The notes beneath the pieces are model-generated. The model saw nothing but the letters and a program-made list of their open reading frames with translations, ran no database searches and had not been told where the DNA came from. A program made the position numbers and the translations under genes. 64,000 bases of DNA from an uncultured virus (IMG/VR IMGVR_UViG_3300037508_001334) (lineage: Duplodnaviria; Heunggongvirae; Uroviricota; Caudoviricetes), in IMG/VR virus record IMGVR_UViG_3300037508_001334. One strand, given 5' to 3'. Numbering within the stretch: the stretch's first letter is position 1; every line of letters starts with the position of its first letter. Positions 37,507-46,561 of this stretch are shown piece after piece.

Positions 37507-38349
37507 ATGATAGGAATGAATTCTTTGGGTAAAAATGGTAGAATTGGAAATCAACTTTTTCAATATGCAGCACTAATAGGTATTGCAAAAAATCGTGGAT
37601 TTGATTTTTGTATTCCTGACCATTCTCAAATAAAAGTTTTTGAAGATAGTTCTGGAAGATCTGAATATCATCAATTACAAAAATGTTTTAAACTTTCATA
37701 TCTCAATGGTAGATATGGATATATTGATGGTGATATTGTTGAATTGAATCAGCACCATTTTTGTAAAGAATTATTTGACGAATGTCCAGATAATGTAACT
37801 CTTCATGGACATTTTGAAAGTTATAAGTATTTTGAAAATGTTCATCAAGAACTTAAAAAAGACTTAGAATTTCATGAAAATATAAAAGAAGAATCTGAAA
37901 AATTTCATAAAAAAAATAATCTAGAAAATCCTGTTGCAATTATTATACGACGTGGAGACTTTCTTTTATATCCAAATTGTCATCCTGTGTGCGATTCTCA
38001 ATACTATGAAAAATGTATGAATCATTTTGAAAATGATAGACAATATGTAATCATTTCGGATGACATTGAATGGTGTAAAAACCAAAATATTTTTTCTGGT
38101 AATAATTTCTATTTTGTGGATAAGACTCCCAATAAACTTATGAAAGCACATTATGATATGTGTATCGGTTCTATTTGTGATCATTTTATTATTTCAAATA
38201 GCACTTTTGCTTGGTGGATTTCTTGGCTTGGGTCAAATCAAAATAAACAAGTTTACATGCCAGATCCTTGGTTTGGTGCAACTTATAATGAATGGATTAC
38301 TGACGGATATTATTCAACATATAGCATTAAAATTGGGAGGAAAATTTAA
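37507..38349 (+). CDS. Glycosyltransferase family 11 (alpha-1,2-fucosyltransferase-like), copy 1
   Basis: GRIGNQLFQYA, IRRGDF, SDD, ISNSTFAWW. Confidence 0.85.
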   Translation: MIGMNSLGKNGRIGNQLFQYAALIGIAKNRGFDFCIPDHSQIKVFEDSSGRSEYHQLQKCFKLSYLNGRYGYIDGDIVELNQHHFCKELFDECPDNVTLHGHFESYKYFENVHQELKKDLEFHENIKEESEKFHKKNNLENPVAIIIRRGDFLLYPNCHPVCDSQYYEKCMNHFENDRQYVIISDDIEWCKNQNIFSGNNFYFVDKTPNKLMKAHYDMCIGSICDHFIISNSTFAWWISWLGSNQNKQVYMPDPWFGATYNEWITDGYYSTYSIKIGRKI

Positions 38350-39219
38350 ATGATTGGATATAATAAATTGGGAAACAATGGCCGTTTGGGTAATCAAATG
38401 TTTCAATATGCCTCATTAAGAGGAATTGCGGCAAAACATGGATATGAATGGTGTATTCCTCCTGAAAATTGTGTGAACGATTCAAACTATGGTTTGTTTG
38501 AAACATTTGAGATGACTAATGTAAAACCACACAATATTGGATACGTGAATGGACCTACAATTCAAGAATCCAATCATAATTTAGATTCAAATTTATTTGA
38601 CAAATGTCCAGATAATGTAAACATACATGGATATTTGCAAACCGAGAAATATTTTAAACATATAAAAGAACAAATTCTTGAAGATTTTGCATTTAAAAAA
38701 GATTACTTAGATCCTTGTAAAAATTTTATTGAAAGTTTGGATAGGCCACCTATCTTTTTACATATTCGCAGAACAGATGCTGTTGGTAGGGAAAAATTTC
38801 ATCCAAGACTTCCTTTGTCCTATTTTGAAGAGGCACTCTCAAATTGGAGTGAAGATATTCCTGTATTTGTATCGACAGACGATCTTGCTTGGTGCAAATC
38901 TCAAACTTTTTTTGACCAAGACAGATTTCTTTTTAATGAATCAAATGATAGATATTCATATCAAACAATTGATGGAACTGGTGTTATGCAAAATACACTT
39001 CTACCTCAGGTTGATTTGTGTTTAATGAGTTTATGTCATGGTGGAATTATTGCAAATTCTTCATCTTTTTCTTGGTGGGGCGCCTGGCTTCAAAATGGTA
39101 AGGGACCAATTATTGCACCAAATCCCAAAACTTGGTTTGGACCTCAACTTTCACATCTAAATACGTGCGATATGATTCCTGAAAATTGGAAGATTCAAAC
39201 TTGTAATAATATAATTTAA
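38350..39219 (+). CDS. Glycosyltransferase family 11, copy 2
   Basis: GRLGNQMFQYA, HIRRTD, IANSSSFSWW. Confidence 0.85.
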   Translation: MIGYNKLGNNGRLGNQMFQYASLRGIAAKHGYEWCIPPENCVNDSNYGLFETFEMTNVKPHNIGYVNGPTIQESNHNLDSNLFDKCPDNVNIHGYLQTEKYFKHIKEQILEDFAFKKDYLDPCKNFIESLDRPPIFLHIRRTDAVGREKFHPRLPLSYFEEALSNWSEDIPVFVSTDDLAWCKSQTFFDQDRFLFNESNDRYSYQTIDGTGVMQNTLLPQVDLCLMSLCHGGIIANSSSFSWWGAWLQNGKGPIIAPNPKTWFGPQLSHLNTCDMIPENWKIQTCNNII

Positions 39220-39242
39220 AAAATACCACGAATTTGTTTTAA

Positions 39243-40046
39243 ATGTTAGATAATTTAACCTTTGTAACTCCTCTTCAAATTGAAAGTAATGATAGATTGA
39301 GAAATTCCATCACAGTATTTTCTTACTTATCCAAAAATTTTCCTGAATCAAATATTATTATTAAAGAAATTGATACGGAATCAAAATTTATTAAATATGC
39401 ATTACCCAAAATTAAAGATAATTGTGATGCAAAAAATATAAATCATATTTTTGAATATCATGAAGGTTTATTTAATAAATCAAAAACCATAAATGATATG
39501 GTTTTAATGTCAAATACTGATATAGTTTTTAATTATGATGTTGATGTTATGCTTCCATTAGAGACATATCAAAAATCTTATGATATGATATCTGTCGGAC
39601 AATGTGATATAGTATATCCGTATGGTTCAGGAATTTATCAATATAATGTTTTAAATTTTGATGACCACTTTGTCAATTTTATATCTTCTCAATTTGATTT
39701 AATTCAATTAATACCATTTAGTCAAAGATGTCCATCTGTTCAGGGATGGTGTCAAATGTTTGATAAAAAAAAGTTTCTGGAATTTTATGGTTTTAATGAG
39801 AATTTTATATTTGTTGGTTATGAAGATACTGAGTTTTTGTATCGGACGAGTGTATTGGGAGCAAGAATAGGTAGAGTCAATGACGATATATATCATTTAG
39901 ACCACATAAGAGTACACAACAAAAATTATAGTGATAAGGAATTTTATGAAAAAAATATTATGTTGTGGGAATGGATGAGATGCCAAGACAAAAAATCCAT
40001 TGAAAATTATTATAATAATCAAAACTATACTAATAGATTTAAATGA
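39243..40046 (+). CDS. Glycosyltransferase, GT2/GT7-C (galactosyltransferase)-like, copy 1
   Basis: DRLRN, YDVD (DxD), FNENFIFVGYEDTEF, YHLDH. Confidence 0.75.
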   Translation: MLDNLTFVTPLQIESNDRLRNSITVFSYLSKNFPESNIIIKEIDTESKFIKYALPKIKDNCDAKNINHIFEYHEGLFNKSKTINDMVLMSNTDIVFNYDVDVMLPLETYQKSYDMISVGQCDIVYPYGSGIYQYNVLNFDDHFVNFISSQFDLIQLIPFSQRCPSVQGWCQMFDKKKFLEFYGFNENFIFVGYEDTEFLYRTSVLGARIGRVNDDIYHLDHIRVHNKNYSDKEFYEKNIMLWEWMRCQDKKSIENYYNNQNYTNRFK

Positions 40047-40843
40047 ATTTAACTTTTTTGATTCCATCAAAATTAGAAAGTGAGGATAGAGTTAGAAATT
40101 TATCAACGGTTTTAATTTATCTTTTATCAAAATTTGATGCTTATGTATTTGTTAAGGAGTGTGATTTTACTCCTAAATTTGAAACTTTTGTATCTCCTTA
40201 TCTAATTGAAAAATTCGGAGATATTCCTAAAAAACTTAAATATTTTTATGAAAAACAAGAGTCTCCTTTTTTCCATAAAACAAAAATTCTCAATGATTTA
40301 ATATTGCAATCAAATACTGAGATTGTTTGTAATTATGATACTGATGTTTTATTTCCAAATTCAAGTATCATTAAATCATATGAAATGATTGATTCTGGGC
40401 AATCAGATGCGGTTTACCCTTATGGTTGTGGTGTATATCAAAAAGCAATAGAATATTCGGATAAAACTTTTAAAAATTTCATTAATTCTGATTTGGATAT
40501 TAAATATCTGGATCAATTTAGTAAAATTAATAACTCAACTATTGGGTGGTGTCAATTTATTAGAAAAAGAAATTATGTTGATTCATTTATGATGAATGAA
40601 AATTTTCATGCGTGGGGTCCTGAAGATTGTGAACTTTATTATCGTTTAAATTTTTTGGGAAATAAAGTTGACAGAATCAATGATTACGTTTATCATTTGG
40701 AACATACTAGGTCTAATGACTCTTGGTTTTCTAATCCAATGTGGAAAGAAAATACTGAATTGTGGAATTGGATTAGATCTCAACCAAAAGAATCTTTATT
40801 AAGTTATTACAAAAATCAAGATTATATAAAATGGAGAATTTAG
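40043..40843 (+). CDS. Glycosyltransferase, GT2/GT7-C-like, copy 2
   Basis: DRVRN, YDTD, NENFHAWGPEDCE, YHLEH. Confidence 0.75.
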   Translation: MNLTFLIPSKLESEDRVRNLSTVLIYLLSKFDAYVFVKECDFTPKFETFVSPYLIEKFGDIPKKLKYFYEKQESPFFHKTKILNDLILQSNTEIVCNYDTDVLFPNSSIIKSYEMIDSGQSDAVYPYGCGVYQKAIEYSDKTFKNFINSDLDIKYLDQFSKINNSTIGWCQFIRKRNYVDSFMMNENFHAWGPEDCELYYRLNFLGNKVDRINDYVYHLEHTRSNDSWFSNPMWKENTELWNWIRSQPKESLLSYYKNQDYIKWRI

Positions 40844-41653
40844 ATGTTAGCTTTTAATCATTTGGGTAGATTGGGCAGATTAGGGAATCAAATGTTTCAG
40901 TATGCAGCGGTTCGTGGCATTGCTGCAAATAAAGGATATGAATGGTGTATTCCAAATCATGATCAAGAAGTTGATGATGGAATCGGAAATAAATTACGAA
41001 CAGAAATATTTGATTGTTTTAATCTCACAAATCTTTCAAAAAGAAACATTTTTGTTCTTGACAGAGGATATGCTCCTATTGTTCAAGAAAAATTTTTTCA
41101 TTTTGATCAAGAACTTTTTGATCTTTGTCCCAATGAAGTTTCTTTATATGGATTTTTTCAATCTGAAAAGTGGTTTAAAAATATAGAGAATCAAATAAGG
41201 GATGATTTTTCTTTTAAAGATGAAATTTTAAGTCCTTGTTTGGAAATGATATATCAAGTTGATAAACCAATTTCTCTTCATATTAGGAGAGGGGATTTTC
41301 TTTTAAATAATAAAAATCATCCACCACAATCAATAGAATATTATGAAAATGCTTTGGCTCACTTTGATAATCATCGTCAAGTATTAGTTTTTTCAGACGA
41401 TCCAAGTTGGTGTAACGAACAACCTATATTTGCCGATGAAAGATTTCTGATTGCTGAAGGAAATTCCAATTATGTTGATTTATGTTTAATGTCTCTTTGT
41501 TCTTCTCATATTATTGCTAATTCTACTTTTTCTTGGTGGGGTGCTTGGTTATCTGGCACAAAAGATGTGATTGCTCCTCAAAATTGGTTTGGTCCAAATC
41601 TAAACCAAAATAATACTAAAGATTTATATTGTGATGGATGGGAAATAATCTAA
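40844..41653 (+). CDS. Glycosyltransferase family 11, copy 3
   Basis: GRLGNQMFQYA, HIRRGDF, FSDD, IANSTFSWW. Confidence 0.87.
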   Translation: MLAFNHLGRLGRLGNQMFQYAAVRGIAANKGYEWCIPNHDQEVDDGIGNKLRTEIFDCFNLTNLSKRNIFVLDRGYAPIVQEKFFHFDQELFDLCPNEVSLYGFFQSEKWFKNIENQIRDDFSFKDEILSPCLEMIYQVDKPISLHIRRGDFLLNNKNHPPQSIEYYENALAHFDNHRQVLVFSDDPSWCNEQPIFADERFLIAEGNSNYVDLCLMSLCSSHIIANSTFSWWGAWLSGTKDVIAPQNWFGPNLNQNNTKDLYCDGWEII

Positions 41654-42450
41654 TGGATAAAAATAAATCAACTTATAAACTTAAAGGTATTGGTCCAATT
41701 TATTATCTTAATCTTGATGGGCAACCAGAAAGAAGACAGTATATGGAAGACCAATTCAAGTATTGGGAAATTGAAAATTATACTCGTATCTCTGCATATG
41801 ATGGTCGTGAAGATGACTTAAGTGATATTCTTGTAGGACGTTACCCTGAAATGATGACTTCGGGTGAAGTTGGATGTATCACTTCTCATCTTAAAGCAAT
41901 TAAACATTGGTACGAAACATCTGATAGTCCTTATGCAGTGATTATGGAAGATGATTGTAATTTAGATTTAGTGAAGTATTGGAATTTTACTTGGAATGAT
42001 TTTTATGCTCATATTCCTTATGATTGGGATGTAATTCAGATTGCTATTATTTGTACCGGAGACATACACGTTAAGCTTCATAAAAGGTTTGTAAATGATT
42101 TCTCAACTGCCTGCTATTTGATTAATCGGCATCATGCAGAAAAAATTTTAAAATTTCACGTTCGTGGAGAAAAGTATAAACTTGATAATGGGGTTAAGCC
42201 TCGTCCTGTTGCTGATGATTTGATTTATAATTCTGGAAATACTTATTCTATTCCTCTTCTTCTTTATAGAATTGAATTGGGATCCTCTATTCACCCAGAG
42301 CATATTGATGCTTTTCATATGGGTAACCATAAAGCACTTTCTCAATTTTGGGAACAAAATGGTGCTAATATCGATATTCGGGATTATATGAATTACGATC
42401 CTTATCTTGGTAGGATAACTGAAAATTCTGCTGCTCAGCAAAACTCTTGA
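41653..42450 (+). CDS. Glycosyltransferase family 25
   Basis: YYLNLD..PERR, RISAYDG, GEVGCITSH, IMEDD. Confidence 0.85.
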   Translation: MDKNKSTYKLKGIGPIYYLNLDGQPERRQYMEDQFKYWEIENYTRISAYDGREDDLSDILVGRYPEMMTSGEVGCITSHLKAIKHWYETSDSPYAVIMEDDCNLDLVKYWNFTWNDFYAHIPYDWDVIQIAIICTGDIHVKLHKRFVNDFSTACYLINRHHAEKILKFHVRGEKYKLDNGVKPRPVADDLIYNSGNTYSIPLLLYRIELGSSIHPEHIDAFHMGNHKALSQFWEQNGANIDIRDYMNYDPYLGRITENSAAQQNS

Positions 42451-42510
42451 CACAGTAAAAGATATGTATTATACTAAATAAGTACTTAAGAATTCTGTTG
42501 TAATTCTTAA
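42447..42510 (+). promoter_or_regulatory. Sigma70 promoter for the porin with a downstream palindromic operator
   Basis: TTGACA 42447-52, 17 nt spacer, TATACT 42470-75; TTAAGAATT-N7-AATTCTTAA at 42486-42510. Confidence 0.65.
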
Positions 42511-42546
42511 CATTTAAATGTCGTTTAGTACTAAAAAACAAACTTT

Positions 42547-44025
42547 ATGAAACTCAATCAACTGATGCTTGCACCTGTTGCTCTGGGAATGGTTGCTCCT
42601 GTTGCTGCGAATGCCGCAGAACTGAATATGGTAGCAGTCAATCAATACTCCGAGAGTCAGGTTACAAGTATTTCTCAATTCTCTGATGTCCGTCCTACCG
42701 ATTGGGCATATCAGGCACTTAACAACCTTGTAGATCGTTATGGTTGTGTTGCTGGTTATCCCAATGGTACCTTTGGTGGTGGTAAGGCAATGACTCGTTT
42801 TGAGGCAGCTGCTCTTCTGAATGCTTGCCTTGATCGTGTATCAGAAACCACTGACGAACTTCGTCGTCTTCTTAATGAATTTCAAGGAGAACTTGCTGTT
42901 CTTCGTGGTCGTGTTGATGGACTGGAAAAGAGAGTTGGTGTTCTTCAAGCACAACAATTTTCCACTACCACTAAACTCAAAGGTGAAGCAAACTTTGTTC
43001 TTGGTGGTGTAAATGGTGCCCAACTTCGTAACGGAACTCAAGTTGGAAACACTGCTTTTAACTATGACCTTCGTCTGAACTTTGATACTTCATTCACTGG
43101 TAAAGATCTGCTTCGCACTCGTCTGCGTAGTGGTAATTTCAGTGCTCAACCTTTCGGTTCTTCGGGTTCGCTGTTCAAACTGGATAAGGCAGAAACCACT
43201 GCTGATGGTGTAATCATTGACCGTCTGTATTATAGTTTCCCTGCACTTGCAAAGGGTGTAACTGTGACTGCTGGTGCTCTGGTTCGTAATACCGAAATGA
43301 CGTGGATTCCTTCTGCATACAAATCGGAAATTCTTGACTTCTTCCAAGTTGCTGGTGCTCCTGGTGTCTATAACAAGGCAACTGGTCAAGGTTTTGGTAT
43401 TCAGTATGTTCAACCTGGTAAGAAAGGTGGCATCGTTGCTGGTCTGAACTATGTTGCTCAAGATGGTGACAATAGTTCAACTGGTGTATTCAATTCCACT
43501 GGTGGTCTGAATACTCTGGCACAACTTGGTTATCGTGCTCCTAACTGGGGGGTCGCTTTCGGTTATCGTTACGGCACTCAAGGCACTCGTATTCGTACCT
43601 TTAATGGTCTGAATGGTGCTAATGGAACTCTCGGCGCAAATCAAGGTTCTAACGGTTATGCAATCAATGCTTACTGGCAACCTGTTCAGTCTGGTATTGT
43701 TCCTTCTGTTTCACTTGCTTATGGTTGGAACTATGTTGCAGGGCCTTCTACTCCTAATAATGCAACCAATTCCCAAACCTGGATGGCAGGACTTCAATGG
43801 AATGATGTTTTTGCAAAGGGTAATGGTGCTGGATTTGCTGTTGGACAACCTGGCAATGCACAGGGTCTCTCTGCAAATGCAACAATGTGGGAAGTGTTCT
43901 ATAAGTATCGTGTAAGTGATAATATCAGTATCACTCCCGCACTCTTCTATGTTTCCAACAACCAAGCATTCTCTGGTACTTCCAGTAATGTTGGTGGTGT
44001 GATTCAAACCAAATTCACGTTCTGA
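42547..44025 (+). CDS. Cyanobacterial outer-membrane porin (SLH domain plus OprB/Som-type beta-barrel)
   Basis: Signal peptide; FSDVRPTDWAYQAL..YGCVAGYP SLH domain; coiled coil; QFSTTTKLKGE; terminal KFTF. Confidence 0.93.
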   Translation: MKLNQLMLAPVALGMVAPVAANAAELNMVAVNQYSESQVTSISQFSDVRPTDWAYQALNNLVDRYGCVAGYPNGTFGGGKAMTRFEAAALLNACLDRVSETTDELRRLLNEFQGELAVLRGRVDGLEKRVGVLQAQQFSTTTKLKGEANFVLGGVNGAQLRNGTQVGNTAFNYDLRLNFDTSFTGKDLLRTRLRSGNFSAQPFGSSGSLFKLDKAETTADGVIIDRLYYSFPALAKGVTVTAGALVRNTEMTWIPSAYKSEILDFFQVAGAPGVYNKATGQGFGIQYVQPGKKGGIVAGLNYVAQDGDNSSTGVFNSTGGLNTLAQLGYRAPNWGVAFGYRYGTQGTRIRTFNGLNGANGTLGANQGSNGYAINAYWQPVQSGIVPSVSLAYGWNYVAGPSTPNNATNSQTWMAGLQWNDVFAKGNGAGFAVGQPGNAQGLSANATMWEVFYKYRVSDNISITPALFYVSNNQAFSGTSSNVGGVIQTKFTF

Positions 44026-44046
44026 TAATCACTCATAAGTTGAGTG

Positions 44047-44075
44047 AAACCACCCCCTTCTGGGGTGGTTTTTTT
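44047..44075 (+). terminator. Terminator after the porin
   Basis: AAACCACCCC/GGGGTGGTTT stem plus T tract. Confidence 0.8.
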
Positions 44076-44096
44076 ATGAATTGAAAACATAGGGGC

Positions 44097-44125
44097 TTGA
44101 CACTTCTTTATTTTTTCTATATAAT
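44097..44125 (+). promoter_or_regulatory. Sigma70 promoter of the hli operon
   Basis: TTGACA, 17 nt spacer, TATAAT. Confidence 0.8.
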
Positions 44126-44152
44126 TGTGTAACAATTCGTAATAAAACGAAA

Positions 44153-44362
44153 ATGACTGTAACAACTAACGAACGTGGTCAGCAAAATATGTTTGCGAAA
44201 GAACCACAAATGTACATCTCTCAATCCGATGCAGAACGTTATGCACTTCAAACACATGCTGAACGTGCCGAACTTGCAAATTCACGATGGGCAATGGTCG
44301 GCATTATTGCTGGGTTTATTTCTTATGCTATCACTGGTAAACTCTTCTTCGGAATCTTCTGA
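44153..44362 (+). CDS. hli: High-light inducible protein
   Basis: GQQNMFAKEP, AELANSRWAMVG chlorophyll-binding motif. Confidence 0.92.
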   Translation: MTVTTNERGQQNMFAKEPQMYISQSDAERYALQTHAERAELANSRWAMVGIIAGFISYAITGKLFFGIF

Positions 44363-44448
44363 TGAATGAACTTATTTGGACAGTAACCACTGTTGCTTTT
44401 TTTGTGACTTTGGGTTATGCTGTGGAGAAACTTGCTGAAACTTATTGA
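44362..44448 (+). CDS. 28-aa single-TM peptide
   Basis: Hand-translated MNELIWTVTTVAFFVTLGYAVEKLAETY; TGATG coupled at both ends. Confidence 0.6.
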   Translation: MNELIWTVTTVAFFVTLGYAVEKLAETY

Positions 44449-44645
44449 TGCTTGGAAATCTTGAACCCGAAGAATCTGTGATGTCCACGGGTAGTTGGTT
44501 AGGAAAACTCTCAACTGCTATCCAAGAACTTCAAGAATCTGGTGCTTGGGATAATGATGACGAACTTAAAGTCTGTATTGCAGGCACTTTACCCAAAGAC
44601 AAATTTATTGTAATTCAAAACACTACTAAAAGAGGAGAAAACTAA
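44448..44645 (+). CDS. Hypothetical protein
   Basis: MLGNLEPEE...DKFIVIQN; coupled to hli 2. Confidence 0.65.
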   Translation: MLGNLEPEESVMSTGSWLGKLSTAIQELQESGAWDNDDELKVCIAGTLPKDKFIVIQNTTKRGEN

Positions 44646-44764
44646 TGAAATTCGGATGGACTGAACAAAACGAAAAACTAAATGGAAGACTGGCAATGTT
44701 GGGATTTGTTATTGCCGTTGGCACTTATCTCACAACTGGCCAGGTGGTGCCAGGAATTTGGTGA
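44645..44764 (+). CDS. hli: High-light inducible protein (short form)
   Basis: Hand-translated MKFGWTEQNEKLNGRLAMLGFVIAVGTYLTTGQVVPGIW; AGGAG RBS. Confidence 0.92.
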   Translation: MKFGWTEQNEKLNGRLAMLGFVIAVGTYLTTGQVVPGIW

Positions 44765-44770
44765 AATAAG

Positions 44771-44795
44771 AGGAGGGATAAAACCCTCCTTTTTT
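44771..44795 (+). terminator. Terminator after the hli operon
   Basis: AGGAGGG/CCCTCCT stem plus T tract, followed by late-promoter-like CATAAATA. Confidence 0.75.
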
Positions 44796-44826
44796 CATAA
44801 ATATAATGCAGAGTTGTTTCAAATAT

Positions 44827-45525
44827 ATGTTAGTAGATCTTCATAACTTTTTTAAGCATTATGATGAAAAGAATCCAAGGCACGTTGCTGCTGTAGAAAA
44901 ACTTGAAAAGGACTTGCTTCTAAAAGCACAAGACTTAATTCAAGATGAATCTGAGTGGGTGAAGACTTTTAGATCAAAACCAGAAGTACCAAAATCAAAT
45001 ATTCTATCTGTACCATTTTATCCACAAACAGATAATTATAGGGATGCAGATCGTACCTGCAACTCATCTGCTTGTGCGATGTGTTTAGAATATTTTAAAC
45101 CTGGTACTCTTAAAGGAGCAAAGGGGGATGATGCCTACGTTCAAAAAGTTTTCGCAATCGGTGACACGACTGATCACTTGGTTCAAACCCGTGTTTTGGC
45201 GTCTTATGGCATTAAGTCACATTTTAGTTATGGTCTATCTTTTAATGACCTTGACCGTGAGCTTGCTGCTGGGAGACCCGTGGTTATTGGGATTCTCCAC
45301 CGTGGCACTTTATCTACTCCTACTGGCGGGCACATGGTTGTAGTTATTGGTAAAACTCCTGGTGGAGATTATGTGGTTAACGATCCTTATGGATCATTAA
45401 ATGATGGATATACAAGTGCTGTAACCAATGGTAAAGGTGCTGTGTATAAGAGATCTGATTTATCCCGTAGATGGTGCCCTGCTGGCAATGATGGGTGGGG
45501 TAGAATCTTTGACGAAAAAAAGTAG
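44827..45525 (+). CDS. C39-like cysteine peptidase (probable cell-wall hydrolase)
   Basis: VPFYPQTDN, TCNSSACAM (Cys), GGHMVVVIG (His), VNDPYG (Asp). Confidence 0.82.
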   Translation: MLVDLHNFFKHYDEKNPRHVAAVEKLEKDLLLKAQDLIQDESEWVKTFRSKPEVPKSNILSVPFYPQTDNYRDADRTCNSSACAMCLEYFKPGTLKGAKGDDAYVQKVFAIGDTTDHLVQTRVLASYGIKSHFSYGLSFNDLDRELAAGRPVVIGILHRGTLSTPTGGHMVVVIGKTPGGDYVVNDPYGSLNDGYTSAVTNGKGAVYKRSDLSRRWCPAGNDGWGRIFDEKK

Positions 45526-45581
45526 ATAACTCTACTCCTTCTGCGAGCAAATATGATGTGCCCGTAAAGGGAGTAGAGTTA
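45516..45581 (+). other. Putative programmed -1 ribosomal frameshift signal
   Basis: In-frame A_AAA_AAG (45516-22), TAG, then hairpin TAACTCTACTCC (45527-38) / GGAGTAGAGTTA (45570-81); the -1 frame is open into the lysozyme. Confidence 0.75.
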
Positions 45582-46016
45582 ATCAAAGAGTTTGAAGGAT
45601 GTCATCTCTCTGCCTATCCTGATCCGCTATCGGGTGGACTACCTATCACTATAGGATGGGGAAGCACTAGAGATTTCAATGGTAAACCATTCAATCTTGG
45701 TGATAAAATTTCTCAAAAGGTTGCTGATGATTTGCTTATCAGTCAAATCAAGCGAGAATTTATTCCTGCCCTATCTAAGATACCTTATTGGAGTGAGATG
45801 AATGACAATCAACGCGGAGCACTTTTATCCTTTGCTTACAATCTCGGTGCTGGCTTTTACAATTCAAGCAATTTCAATACTATCTCTCGACATCTTCGTG
45901 AAAAGAATTGGGGATTCATCCCAAAAACATTAGAGATGTATCGCAATCCTGGTAGTAATGTAGAGGCGGGATTGCTGAGACGTAGAAAATCGGAAGGTAA
46001 ACTCTGGGTTTCTTAA
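45558..46016 (+). CDS. Phage lysozyme (GH24) domain, probably the C-terminal part of a frameshift fusion
   Basis: LIKEFEG..AYPD....TIGWG catalytic E-D-T, ALLSFAYNLG, GLLRRRKSE. Confidence 0.9.
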   Translation: MPVKGVELIKEFEGCHLSAYPDPLSGGLPITIGWGSTRDFNGKPFNLGDKISQKVADDLLISQIKREFIPALSKIPYWSEMNDNQRGALLSFAYNLGAGFYNSSNFNTISRHLREKNWGFIPKTLEMYRNPGSNVEAGLLRRRKSEGKLWVS

Positions 46017-46258
46017 TCATCCATCTTTGCTTTTAATCCTAGTAACGCTGTAAACAAAGTAAACAAAGCATTATATCCTCTACTTTCGGATTCTTTACAA
46101 TCTAGGGGTGGTGGGTTTACTAATCCACCTAATGCGTCTGCTCTCTCCATAGAACCTGGAAGCATAAAGTTACAGTTGACAAATGTAATACCAACATATC
46201 CAAGTGTTGCTACTACAATACCAACAATTAATTTATCTATTAGTTTAATGTTTTTCAT
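46013..46258 (-). CDS. Small two-TM membrane protein
   Basis: Two hydrophobic helices; convergent with the lysozyme. Confidence 0.6.
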   Translation of the reverse strand: MKNIKLIDKLIVGIVVATLGYVGITFVNCNFMLPGSMERADALGGLVNPPPLDCKESESRGYNALFTLFTALLGLKAKMDD

Positions 46259-46373
46259 TGCTACTATCCTTTAGTTCTTGATTTGCCATCCATAATATTT
46301 TATAGATCACCCAACCAACACCAATCATTCCAATACCTAACATAATATTTACTGACCAAACAATGTTATTCAT
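46245..46373 (-). CDS. 42-aa single-TM peptide
   Basis: Hand-translated MNNIVWSVNIMLGIGMIGVGWVIYKILWMANQELKDSSNEKH. Confidence 0.55.
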   Translation of the reverse strand: MNNIVWSVNIMLGIGMIGVGWVIYKILWMANQELKDSSNEKH

Positions 46374-46561
46374 TTTTCTTCTTGTTTATGAATCCAAGTT
46401 TTAAGTTCATGCAAATATTTTCTTAACATTTCTGCTTTTTGTAAATGCCACACATCACCACTCTTGAAATATTCGTGAGTGTGATTATCGATTGCTTTTA
46501 ATATTTGATGTATTGGTGCATTCCAAGGTTCTCTTTTGGGAGTGTTCCATTCCCGTGGCAT
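46370..46561 (-). CDS. Hypothetical protein
   Basis: MPREWNTPKREPWN...; TAAATA on the minus strand upstream. Confidence 0.65.
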   Translation of the reverse strand: MPREWNTPKREPWNAPIHQILKAIDNHTHEYFKSGDVWHLQKAEMLRKYLHELKTWIHKQEEK

